Positions 1 to 10,000 of a stretch of 21,709 nt of DNA are shown piece by piece. The DNA is taken from the NCBI GenBank assembly GCA_964014485.1, contig CAXHAT010000138.1, positions 1 to 21,709 on the forward strand, written 5' to 3'. Made by a program: the position numbers and the translations under genes. The stretch's first letter is position 1; every line of letters begins with the position of its first letter. This DNA is from an uncultured Deferribacteres bacterium. Its GTDB lineage: Bacteria > Zhuqueibacterota > Zhuqueibacteria > Zhuqueibacterales > Geothermadaptataceae. Below the pieces are notes generated by a model. The model did not search any database. It was not told the origin of the DNA and saw nothing but the letters and a program-made list of their open reading frames with translations.

Positions 1-2
1 CC

Positions 3-1334
3 GTCATCTTCACCGACGTTCACTGCTGCACGGTCTCGGTCATCGTCTTTTTGACCGTCAATCCCAATCCAACCGTGACGGTCGCCGACGTTTCGACTTG
101 CGCGGGCGGCAGCGCGACAATTTCAGCCGGAGTCACCAGCGGCACGGCGCCCTTCAGCTACGCCTGGACGGTTCCCGGCGGCGCAACCAATCCCGGCGAT
201 ACAGACAGTTTTAGCGCATCAGTGGCCGGAAATTATTCCGTCATCGTCACTGACGTGCACGGCTGCACCGGTTCCGACAACGGCGACTTGACCATCCATC
301 CCAATCCGACGGCTGACGCAGGTGCGGATGCGACGATTCTTTCCGGCGCTTCGACCGTCATCGGCGGAGCCACCACGGCTTCCGGCGGCACGGGTGCCTT
401 GACCATCGCATGGACGCCGACGACCGGCCTGGACGACGCGACCATCGCCAATCCAACCGCGACGCCGACGGCAACCACTGTCTACACCGTCACCGTGACC
501 GACGTCAACGGCTGCGAAGCGACCGACGACGTTACGGTCACGGTACAAACCAACAACGACGTGATCACCGACGCTTGCGCCGCCGTGCAGGCCTTGATCG
601 ACGATCCCAACACGCCAACCGACGCTTTGAGCGCGCTGCAAGATGCGAAGGACGCCTTGAACGACGCCGCAAATACGAGTGATACGGAAGATTTCTTTGA
701 CGCCATGCGCGAAGCGGCCAACGCGCTCGAAGACGCGCGCGACGAAGGCGTGGACACCGATCCGATCGCGGCCATGCTCTCCAATCTCGCCCGCCACATA
801 GCGACGCAAAAACGCGCCGAAGCCTTCGCCTGCGATCCGACCCCGACCGGCAAAATGCAGGACGACATTGACGACGGCGACAGCGACCTGGCCGACGGCG
901 ATCTCGAAGTGGCGACGACCTACCACGGCGACGGGATTAAGGATTACAAGAAGGCGTGGGAAGACTATTGCTCGGCGTTGGATCGCTGCCAGAATCCGAA
1001 AGCCGCGGCCTTCAATGATCAATTAGCAATAAACAATGAGCAGGCTTTGCCGACGGATTTCGCGCTGCATCAGAATTATCCGAATCCGTTTAATCCGAGC
1101 ACGACGATTCAGTTTGATCTGGTCGATGCGGGCCATGTTTCGCTGAGCATTTACAACAGCGCGGGACAACTCGTGCGCACGCTGGTTTCGGGCGATTACG
1201 CCCCCGGCGCGCACAAGGTCGTCTGGGACGCGCGCGACGATTCCGGTCAACGTGTGGCGAGCGGGGTTTATCTCTATACGATTAAAATTGGTCAACAATT
1301 TTCTGCGCAGAAAAAGCTCTTGTTAATGAAGTAA
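3..1334 (+). CDS. Secreted Ig-like (SprB/PKD-type) repeat protein with acidic helical domain and FlgD-Ig/T9SS-type C-terminal domain; 5'-truncated (paralogue P1)
   Basis: The frame is open from the contig edge. It contains Ig-like repeats (FSYAWT...GNYSVIVTDVHGC; PTADAGAD...YTVTVTDVNGCE), the shared helical domain at ~561-1001 and the CTD FALHQNYPNPFNPSTTIQF...WDARDDSGQRVASGVYLY at 1059-1334. The TTG at 51 is not a credible start. Confidence 0.85.
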   Translation, partial: VIFTDVHCCTVSVIVFLTVNPNPTVTVADVSTCAGGSATISAGVTSGTAPFSYAWTVPGGATNPGDTDSFSASVAGNYSVIVTDVHGCTGSDNGDLTIHPNPTADAGADATILSGASTVIGGATTASGGTGALTIAWTPTTGLDDATIANPTATPTATTVYTVTVTDVNGCEATDDVTVTVQTNNDVITDACAAVQALIDDPNTPTDALSALQDAKDALNDAANTSDTEDFFDAMREAANALEDARDEGVDTDPIAAMLSNLARHIATQKRAEAFACDPTPTGKMQDDIDDGDSDLADGDLEVATTYHGDGIKDYKKAWEDYCSALDRCQNPKAAAFNDQLAINNEQALPTDFALHQNYPNPFNPSTTIQFDLVDAGHVSLSIYNSAGQLVRTLVSGDYAPGAHKVVWDARDDSGQRVASGVYLYTIKIGQQFSAQKKLLLMK

Positions 1335-1390
1335 ACCGTTCGGTTGATAAAGCGACAGTTTCGAAAAATCATTTGGAGAAGGAAACGAAC

Positions 1391-3400
1391 ATGAAAATCA
1401 GAAAAACCTCTGGCGCAACAATCGTTTTCACACTGTTGAGCATCCTTATGTCTGCGAGTTTCGCGCAGGCGCAATTCACCGAAATCGCCAAGATCCAGGC
1501 GAGCGATAAAGAAGCTTTTGATCAGTTCGGCGTTTCGGTCTCGATTAGCGGCGACCGTGCCATTGTCGGAGCGGATCTGGAAGACGCGGACGGTTTCAGC
1601 GTCGGGGCGGCCTACATTTTTGAGCGCAGCGGCGGGGTATGGAGCGAAGTCGCCAAAATTCAGGCGAGTGATAAGCAACCCCTTGACCATTTCGGCAGGT
1701 CAGTTTCGATCAGCGGCGACTATGCCATTGTCGGAGCCGATAGGGAAGACACAGGCGCTTTAGACGTCGGGGCGGCCTACATTTTCGAGCGCAACGGCGA
1801 GGTATGGAGCGAGGTCGCGAAAGTCCAAGCGAGCGATAAACAAGCATCTGACTGGTTCGGCTGTTCCGTATCAATCAGCGGCGACCGCGCCATTGTCGGG
1901 GCGCGATTTGAAAGCACGGGCGCTTTGGTCGCCGGCGCCGCTTACATTTTCGAGCGCAACGGCGGGGTGTGGAGCGAAGTCGCCAAAATCCAGGCAAGCG
2001 ATAAAGAAGCTCTTGACCAGTTCGGCATTTCGGTCTCGATCAGCGGCGACCGCGCCATTATCGGAGCAAATCAGGAAGGCACAGGCGGTTCTAAAGACGG
2101 GGCGGCCTACATTTTCGAGCGCAGCGGCGGGGTGTGGAGTGAAGTCGCCAAAATCCAGGCGAGCGATAAAGAAGCCGGTGACCGGTTCGGCATTTCGGTC
2201 TCGATCAGCGGCGACCGCGCCGTTGTGGGGGCGCGTGGGGAAGACACGGGCGGCGACAACGCCGGGGCGGCCTACATTTTCGAGCGCAGCGGCGGGATGT
2301 GGAGCGAAGTCGCCAAGATTCAAGCGAGCGATAAAGAAGCCGTTGACCTTTTCGGCTACTCGGTCGCGATTAGCGGCGACCGCGTCATTGTCGGTGCGTA
2401 TGGGGAAGACACAGGCGGTTTAGATGCCGGGGCGGCCTATATTTTCGAGCTCAATGGCGGAGTTTGGAACGAACTCGCCAAAGTCCTGGCCAGCGACAAA
2501 GAAGCCCATGACTGGTTCGGCTATTCGGTCGCGATCAGCGGCGATCGCATCATTGTTGGGGCGTGGCTTGAAGACACGGGCGGTTCCAAAGCCGGAGCAG
2601 CCTACATTTTTGAAAACGCGCCGATTGCTTCAGCATGCAATAACATTCAGGCTTTGATCGACGATCCGGGAACCGATCCGGACGCGCTTGACGCCCTGCA
2701 GGAAGCCAAAGACGCTTTGGAAGACGCCCAGGAAGCGCTGGATAACGGCGAGATCGAAGACATGCTCAACGCCCTGCGCGACGCCGCCGACGCCCTGGAA
2801 GAAGCCCGCGAAGACAATGTTGATACAGATGCCATCGCCAGCCTTCTGGCCGATTTCGCCCGCAGCGTAGCTACAGACAAAAAAGACGAAGCTTTAGCCT
2901 GCGATCCCGCTCCAACCGGTAAAATGGCCGACGATATGGAAGACGGCGACAACGATCTCGCCGACGGCGACGAAGAATACGCCGACAGCTACTTTGGCGA
3001 CGCGATCAAGGACTATCGCAAGGCGTGGGAAGATTATTGCAGTGCGCTGGAACGGTGTGTTTCTCCGAAGGCAGTTTTCAGTGACCAGCATTCAGTGTCC
3101 AGTGATCAGTTATTGCCGCAAGCGTTTGCACTGTATCAGAATTATCCGAATCCGTTTAATCCATCGACGACGATTCAGTTTGATTTGATCGAAGCCAACC
3201 ATGTTTCGTTAAGCATTTACAACAGCGCGGGACAACTCGTGCGCACGCTGGTTTCCGGCGATTACGCTCCCGGCGCGCACAAGGTCGTCTGGGATGCGCG
3301 TGATGATTCCGGTCAGCGGGTTTCCAGCGGATTGTACGTGTACACAATTCGGATTGGACAGCAATTCACCGCGCAGAAGAAGTTGTTGTTGATGAAGTGA
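1391..3400 (+). CDS. Secreted 7-bladed FG-GAP repeat beta-propeller protein with acidic helical domain and CTD (P2)
   Basis: GGAGAAGGA lies upstream of ATG 1391. The signal peptide ends in AQA-Q. Seven 55-aa repeats (AKIQASDK..D.FG.SVSISGDRAIVGA..ED.GG...GAAYIFE) are followed by the shared C-terminal cassette. Confidence 0.9.
   Translation: MKIRKTSGATIVFTLLSILMSASFAQAQFTEIAKIQASDKEAFDQFGVSVSISGDRAIVGADLEDADGFSVGAAYIFERSGGVWSEVAKIQASDKQPLDHFGRSVSISGDYAIVGADREDTGALDVGAAYIFERNGEVWSEVAKVQASDKQASDWFGCSVSISGDRAIVGARFESTGALVAGAAYIFERNGGVWSEVAKIQASDKEALDQFGISVSISGDRAIIGANQEGTGGSKDGAAYIFERSGGVWSEVAKIQASDKEAGDRFGISVSISGDRAVVGARGEDTGGDNAGAAYIFERSGGMWSEVAKIQASDKEAVDLFGYSVAISGDRVIVGAYGEDTGGLDAGAAYIFELNGGVWNELAKVLASDKEAHDWFGYSVAISGDRIIVGAWLEDTGGSKAGAAYIFENAPIASACNNIQALIDDPGTDPDALDALQEAKDALEDAQEALDNGEIEDMLNALRDAADALEEAREDNVDTDAIASLLADFARSVATDKKDEALACDPAPTGKMADDMEDGDNDLADGDEEYADSYFGDAIKDYRKAWEDYCSALERCVSPKAVFSDQHSVSSDQLLPQAFALYQNYPNPFNPSTTIQFDLIEANHVSLSIYNSAGQLVRTLVSGDYAPGAHKVVWDARDDSGQRVSSGLYVYTIRIGQQFTAQKKLLLMK
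1475..2614 (+). repeat. Seven tandem 165-bp coding repeats (FG-GAP blades)
   Basis: Near-identical units such as gcggcctacattttcgagcgcagcggcggggtgtggagcgaagtcgccaaaatccaggcgagcgataaa recur every 165 bp. Confidence 0.9.
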
Positions 3401-3407
3401 TTTGACG

Positions 3408-3465
3408 AAAACCGGCAATCGTGAATCGAAAGTGGTCTGATTTGCGATTGCCGGTTTCATTTTTT
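3408..3465 (+). terminator. Rho-independent terminator after P2
   Basis: Stem AAACCGGCAATCGTGAATC / GATTTGCGATTGCCGGTTT (two G-U pairs) followed by CATTTTTT. Confidence 0.75.
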
Positions 3466-3713
3466 CGGGCCGCAATGTAAAATCTCTCGCCAGCCTATCT
3501 GCAAACCTTTGACGTTTTCGTAACTCTACGCAGAGGCGTTGTAAACGGACTTCCGGCGCCGTCCGCTTTCCATTGCATTTCCTGCGGATTCATTTCAGAA
3601 TGGACTCTACAATCATTCGCCAAATCCGACCAAGTTTTGGCGTTTAGAACAAAGCTCTTTCGAGTAAGCGGTTTTAATTCCGCACTATCCTTACAAACAG
3701 GAGGAAGTTTACA

Positions 3714-6700
3714 ATGCATGGAACATGGGCGCCAGGACAGTCAGAAAATCAGCGTCGATTCCGCAACGTTCTACAAGCAGGAGCGGCTTCTGCCGCAGCG
3801 ATGTTCGCTTTCCTGATGACAACCGTAGGAGGCGCGACCCCAACACCCGCACCACCGGCGACACACTGTTTTGTCGTGACAAACACAAATGACGCAGGAG
3901 CAGGCTCGCTGCGGCAGGCGATTCTCGATGCGAATGCGACTGCAAACATCGACGCCGCCACGCCGGATACCATAAAATTCAACATTCCAGGGGCTGGCCC
4001 GCATACGATTTCCCCGACCTCGCAGTTACCTGCGGTGACAGACCCGGTCATCATCGATGGTCTCACCCAGCCGGGCGCTTCCTGTTCCAGCTGGCCGCCA
4101 ACCCTGGAGATTGAACTCGACGGCAGCAATCTGGGCGGATCCAGCGCCTTCGGTCTGACTTTCAGAACGGATGGCAACACCATTCGTGGACTTGTTATCA
4201 ACCGATTTTCGTTGGCGGGCATCTGGTTTGATGGCAGTAACAACAACAAAGTAGCATGCAACTTCCTAGGCGCCGATGTGACTGGCCTGCTGGCGCGCCC
4301 AAACAACTTCGCCATTTCGATGGACGGCTCAAACACGCAAATCGGCGGGCTCACCACCGCTGAGCGTAACCTGATTTCAGGAAATTCTGGCCAGGGCATC
4401 TCTCTTGGCGGCGATAACAACATTATTCAAGGCAATTACATCGGTGTTGATGTGACTGGCGCCGCCGACCTTGGCAACGGCAGGTCCGGCATCCAGGTGT
4501 CTGGAGAGAACAACACCATTGGCGGGACTGCCTCCGGCGCCATGAATGTGATTTCGGGCAATCGACAATACGGTGTCACGGTTGACAGCAGGGGGGTAAC
4601 CCTTCCAACGAAGAAAAATACCATTCAAGGCAATATCGTTGGGCTGAACGCAGCCGGAACCGCCGCTGTTCCCAACGATTCGATCGGCGTTTTCATTGTC
4701 GAATCCGACAGCAATCTCGTGGGGGGCATTGTAGAAGGTGCGCGAAACATCATCTCCGGCAATGGCAGCAGAACCAATGCGAACGAAGATGGGAACGTTG
4801 GCGTCTATGTTCGGATGTCGAAACACAATACGATTCAAGGCAACTTTGTCGGGACAGATCTTTCCGGCACGGTCGATCTCGGCAATCTCGATCACGGTAT
4901 TTACGTTTTTGCCGATTCGGACAGCAATCTCATTGGCGGAACTGTACCGCGGGCGGGTAACCTGGTCTCTGGCAACGGTAGAATGGGCGTCCGCATTGGC
5001 GGCGGGTCAGAATACAATGTCGTCCAGGGAAATCTCGTGGGCACGGACGTGACCGGCACCGCGCCGTTAGGCAACGACGATTCAGGTATTCGCTTTAGTG
5101 GAGGTTCAAGTCATGGTATCGTAGGCGGCGTCGAACCCAATGCGCGAAACATTATCTCCAACAATGGTCGATTCGGCTTGCGGTTCAGCGGCGGATCTCA
5201 CTCAGCGGTCATCAAAAACAACTATATCGGCGTCGATATCACCGGAACGGCGGCCATGGGCAACGATACTTCGGGCGTCCGGTTCAGCGGTGGCTCCGAT
5301 TCATGCCAGGTCGGTGGATCTGCACCGAACGAAGGCAATGTCATCTCAGCAAACGGAGATGAAGGTCTGCTGTTCAGCGGCGGCGCCGCGGAGGGTGCAA
5401 TTGTTCAGGGCAACAAAATCGGCACTGATCGCTTCGGCAGCACGAACCTGGGGAATGGGTCGTATGGCATTAGAATGGAAACAACCGACCCGCCCGGACG
5501 CATTGCCCTTATTGGCGGCGTCAATCCTGGCGAAGGAAACATCATTGCCTTCAACGACAGCGCGGGCGTTCTCCTGACTGATGAACTCCGCATCCCGGTT
5601 GCTATTCTTGGCAACTCGATCTTCAACAATGGCGGACTGGGTATTGATCTCGGCGCCGATGCAGGCGACTTCGAAGACGGCGTCACCGGCAACGACCCTT
5701 CCGACGACGATACCGGTCCCAACGGCCTGCAAAACTTCCCCGTCATCACCGAGGTGAATACAGACGGCAGTGGCTCCGTGACCATTTCGGGGATCTTCAA
5801 CAGCACAGCGAATACCAGCGGTTTCCGCCTGGAATTTTTCGCGAATGCGGTGTGCAATGGCGATCAAAGTGGTGCGGCCCAGGCGGACGACTATGGCGAA
5901 GGTGAAACCTTTATCGGCGCCGATGTGGTGACGACCAACTCTTCAGGAGACGCCAGTTTTTCGTTTGCCTTTAGTGCGGTCGTGGCTGGCGGTGCATTCA
6001 TCACCGCAACCGCAACGTCGCCGGACAGCAGTACTTCGGAATTCAGCCAGTGCGTCATTGCTGTTCAAGGTTGTGGTGCTGAAACGGTCATCAATGATGC
6101 AACCGCCGCCGTACAAGCGCTCATCGATGATTCAGGTACCGATTCGGACGCGCTGGATGCCCTGGACGAAGCCAAAGACGCACTTGCCGACGCCCTCGGC
6201 TATGCCCTGGTAGATGACGTCGAAGAACTCTGCGACGCCCTGCGCGACGCCGCCGACGCCCTGGAAGAAGCCCGCGAAGACGCCGACGGCACCGATCCGA
6301 TCGCCAGTTCCCTTGCTGATTTAGCGCGCTGCATCGCCGAAGAAAAACGCGAAGAGGCGCTTGAATGCGATCCTTTGCCCTCCGGCAAAATGGCCGACGA
6401 CATCGAAGACGGTGACAACGACCGCGCAGACGGTGATGAAGAGTACAATGATGGCTACTTCGGCGACGCCATCAAGGATTATTGCAAGGCGTGGGAAGAT
6501 TATTGTGATGCGCTGGACCGTTGCGAGAACCCAAAAGCCGCAGCGCTCGACAATGATGAATCGATCATTGAAAACGCTTTGCCGACCGAGTTTGCACTGC
6601 ATCAGAATTATCCGAATCCGTTTAATCCATCGACGACGATTCAGTTTGATCTCGTCGACGCTGGTCATGTGTCGTTGAGCATCTACAACAGCGCGGGACA

Positions 6701-6866
6701 GCTTGTTCGCACGTTGGTTTCCGGCGATTACGCCCCCGGCGCGCACAAGGTCGTCTGGGATGCGCGTGATGATTCCGGTCAGCGCGTGGCCAGCGGATTG
6801 TACATGTACACGATCAGAATCGGTCAGCAATTCACCGCGCAGAAGAAGTTGTTGTTGATGAAGTGA
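3714..6866 (+). CDS. Secreted right-handed parallel beta-helix repeat protein with acidic helical domain and CTD (P3)
   Basis: RBS CAGGAGGA, then a hydrophobic N-terminal segment and a cap motif VTNTNDAGAGSLRQAILDAN. Many GN.IG.D.TG / N.ISGN beta-helix repeats follow, then an FRLEFFAN...ITATAT...STSEFS domain and the shared C-terminal cassette. Confidence 0.88.
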   Translation: MHGTWAPGQSENQRRFRNVLQAGAASAAAMFAFLMTTVGGATPTPAPPATHCFVVTNTNDAGAGSLRQAILDANATANIDAATPDTIKFNIPGAGPHTISPTSQLPAVTDPVIIDGLTQPGASCSSWPPTLEIELDGSNLGGSSAFGLTFRTDGNTIRGLVINRFSLAGIWFDGSNNNKVACNFLGADVTGLLARPNNFAISMDGSNTQIGGLTTAERNLISGNSGQGISLGGDNNIIQGNYIGVDVTGAADLGNGRSGIQVSGENNTIGGTASGAMNVISGNRQYGVTVDSRGVTLPTKKNTIQGNIVGLNAAGTAAVPNDSIGVFIVESDSNLVGGIVEGARNIISGNGSRTNANEDGNVGVYVRMSKHNTIQGNFVGTDLSGTVDLGNLDHGIYVFADSDSNLIGGTVPRAGNLVSGNGRMGVRIGGGSEYNVVQGNLVGTDVTGTAPLGNDDSGIRFSGGSSHGIVGGVEPNARNIISNNGRFGLRFSGGSHSAVIKNNYIGVDITGTAAMGNDTSGVRFSGGSDSCQVGGSAPNEGNVISANGDEGLLFSGGAAEGAIVQGNKIGTDRFGSTNLGNGSYGIRMETTDPPGRIALIGGVNPGEGNIIAFNDSAGVLLTDELRIPVAILGNSIFNNGGLGIDLGADAGDFEDGVTGNDPSDDDTGPNGLQNFPVITEVNTDGSGSVTISGIFNSTANTSGFRLEFFANAVCNGDQSGAAQADDYGEGETFIGADVVTTNSSGDASFSFAFSAVVAGGAFITATATSPDSSTSEFSQCVIAVQGCGAETVINDATAAVQALIDDSGTDSDALDALDEAKDALADALGYALVDDVEELCDALRDAADALEEAREDADGTDPIASSLADLARCIAEEKREEALECDPLPSGKMADDIEDGDNDRADGDEEYNDGYFGDAIKDYCKAWEDYCDALDRCENPKAAALDNDESIIENALPTEFALHQNYPNPFNPSTTIQFDLVDAGHVSLSIYNSAGQLVRTLVSGDYAPGAHKVVWDARDDSGQRVASGLYMYTIRIGQQFTAQKKLLLMK

Positions 6867-6895
6867 TTTGCGGTTTCAGCTTCATCTTATAACTG

Positions 6896-6941
6896 AAAAA
6901 GCATCGTTCGGGAAATCCGGGCGATGCTTTTTTGTTTTTTT
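6896..6941 (+). terminator. Rho-independent (possibly bidirectional) terminator after P3
   Basis: AAAAAGCATCGTTCGGG-AAA-TCCGGGCGATGCTTTTTTGTTTTTTT. Confidence 0.85.
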
Positions 6942-7032
6942 GCTCTTCGCATATGAAAGCAAGAAGGCTTGACTATCGCCGTACTTCGATTAACTTCTAG
7001 AAAAAGCGGTAACATGAAAATGTGCGAATCGC

Positions 7033-10000
7033 ATGAAAACATTCTACAGCCCAGGAACGGCCTACAAGCGAAGTTTCTATTCGCCGGAGAAATCAGTTCT
7101 TCTGAAAAACTTGAGATTCCAGCGTTCTCGCCGTGCAGTAAGCTTTATCGGCGCATTTTTGGCTCTGGCACTCTCTCCAGCCTTGGGGCAAAGTCAAGAT
7201 TTTTCATCGATTAAAGAAACCGGCGTTCCTTTCATGCAAAACTTCGGGTTTGAAGAGTACGGCGCGCATCCGCAGAATTGGGGGCTTGTGCAAGACGAGC
7301 GCGGCAGGATGTATTTTGGCAATACCGAAGGAATTATCATCTATGACGGCGTTCGCTGGCATTCTATTAAGCTGCCAAATCAGTCATTCGTTTTCGCGCT
7401 GGCGCAGGATCAAACCGGACGCATTTATGCGGGCGGCCAAAATGAATTCGGCTACTTGAGTCCTGATTCCGTCGGTCAATTGCGCTACGTTTCCCTAACG
7501 CCGCAACTTCCTGAGGAACATCGTGCGTTTGGCTTCATTTCGCAAATTCAAATTTCCGGAGAATACGTCTATTTTCAATCCTTGTCTCGGCTCTTCCGCT
7601 GGCAGCCCCGTCTGGCCGCTTCCGAAGATTCATTGACCGGCGATTTCAAAATTTGGCGCTCGAAAACCAGATTTCTCAGTCTGTACAACGTCGGCGGGGA
7701 AATCTTTACGCGCGAGCACCTGAACGGACTGGTCAGAGTCGACGGCGATTCCATCCATTCAGTACCCGGGGGAGAAATTTTCGCTACCGAGAGCCTTGCC
7801 AATATATTTACTTTTTCCCGCACGCCTGACGAACGTGCAATTCTGATTGTTTCTTCCGTTCAAGGATTGTTCGTGATCGAATCGGACGCGATTACGCCGT
7901 TTCCGACGCAGGCGGACGATCTTTTGCGGCAGGGCGATATTTTTTACGCTTGCGAGCTTGAAGACGGCACGCTGGCAATGGGAACGGCGCACTACGGCCT
8001 TCTTCGTTTGAATACACAGGGAAATCTGCTGCAAATTTTGGATAAATCCTCCGGCCTGATCGATCAAAACGTCCATGATATGCGCGCTGACGCCCAAGGC
8101 GGGTTTTGGGCGACTTTTGACAAAGGTTTGGCGCGACTGGAAATTCCCGGACCTTTTTCAATCTTTACGGCGAAACAGGGTCTGGAAGGTTCCGTTTACA
8201 ATATCGTTCGTCATCAGGGTAAAATCTATATTGCCACAAGCGTCGGCGTTTTTCATCTGGTCGAGAGTGAGAACGCCCGCCCCGTTTTTCGGCTTTTACA
8301 AAATTTCAACAACGAATCCTGGTGGCTCCTTTCTGCTGGGGAAGTTTTGCTGGTTGCGACCTCCGAAGGCGTTCATGCCTTCAAGGACGGTCGGATAACT
8401 CAGCTCAACAAAGACATTTCTTTTACTTTATTTCGCTCAACTTTCAATCCGTCGCAAATCTTCATCGGGCTGAATGACGGTCTTGCTTTGCTGGAGTTTT
8501 CAAGCAACCAGTGGCGATATTCCGGGCGAATTTTAACGGCTAAAAGCGACGTTCGCAGCATCACGCAGTCTGATAACGGCGACGTTTGGCTTGGAACCGG
8601 CTATGAAGGCGTGATCCGCATTCCCGATTGGCCGAGAGCCGTATTCGGTAAAACCGATAGTTCAGCAATCGATTTCGATGAATATGGAGAAGCGAACGGT
8701 CTCCCGCCCGGCGGAGCCTTTGTCGTAAGCGTCAATAACGATGTGCGTTTTGCGACTCGCCAGGGGCTGCGTTTCTATGCCGAAAACCCGAACATGTTTT
8801 TTCCGGATTCCAGTCTGGGCGTGGCCTTTGCGGATTCCAGTTTCCAAATAGGTCGTGTCGTACAAGAATCCGGCGGCAGCGTTTGGCTGCAAAAAGTTTC
8901 GGCCAATAGTTTGGAAACCGGCGTTTTGCAGATGCAGCAAACCGGAAGCTACGTGTGGAACGCCAGGCCGTTTATGCGCATCGCCGATTTGGCGAGAGAG
9001 CTTTCGCAAATCTATCCGGAAGAAAACGGCGTCACCTGGTTTGCGACGATTGACGCCGTCGTACGCTACGATTCTCGTATCGCGAAGAATTATTCGCGCG
9101 AACATCACGCTTTGGTGGGCCGCGTGCTCTTGAACGGAGATTCTCTTATTTTCGGCGGATATGGAACCGCTGATTTTGCCGCTCCTGAGTTGCATTATGC
9201 GAACCATACTTTTCGCTTCGAGTACGCAGCAACAAGCTTTGACCATCCCGCCGCTAACCAGTTTCAAACGTTTCTGGAAGGTTTTGACGAAACCTGGTCG
9301 TCCTGGACGCATGAAACGCAAAAAGATTACACCAATTTGCCGCACGGCGATTTCCAATTTCGCGTACGTGCGAAGAATGTTTATGGAAATCTGAGCCGCG
9401 AGGACAGTTTTTCGTTTTCCATCGCGCCGCCATGGTATCAGACATGGTGGGCGTATGCGATTTACGCCCTGCTTTTTCTCACTGCCGTTTTTGTCGTCGG
9501 AAAAATTTACGGGGACTATCGCGCGAAAGAACAGGCGAAAGAGCTGGCTCGGGAGCGCGAAATCAACGACCGTCTGCGCAAGGTCGACAAGCTCAAGGAC
9601 GAATTTCTCGCCAATACGTCGCACGAACTGCGCACGCCCCTAAATGGCGTTATTGGCTTGACGGAATCGCTGCTGGACGGAGCAGGCGGAGATCTGCCGC
9701 CCAAAGCCGCCGCCGATCTTGGGCTTGTGGTCGCCAGCGGCAAGCGGCTATCCAGCATGGTGAACGACCTGCTCGATTTTTCCAAACTCAAGACGCATGA
9801 ATTGACGTTGGTTAAAAAGCCGGTCGATCTTCACGTCATTGCTGAACTGGTGCTGAAATTCAGCGAAACGTTGATCGGCGGAAAAGCGCTGGCTTTGCAA
9901 AACCGCGTGCCGAAAAAGCTGCCTCCGGTTGACGCGGATGAGAGCCGGTTGCAGCAGATTCTTTACAATCTCATTGGCAACGCTGTGAAATTTACCCGGG

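Noticed and set aside
1..50. Hydrophobic segment VIFTDVHCCTVSVIVFL resembling a signal peptide or TM helix
   Set aside because: It is a corrupted copy of the repeat VIVTDVHGCTGSDNGDL at ~240-290. The amino-acid-changing differences are substitutions to T, typical of a low-quality read tail.
3714..3830. Tat signal in P3 (QRRF)
   Set aside because: It does not match S/T-R-R-x-F-L-K, and the other paralogues have ordinary Sec-type signals.
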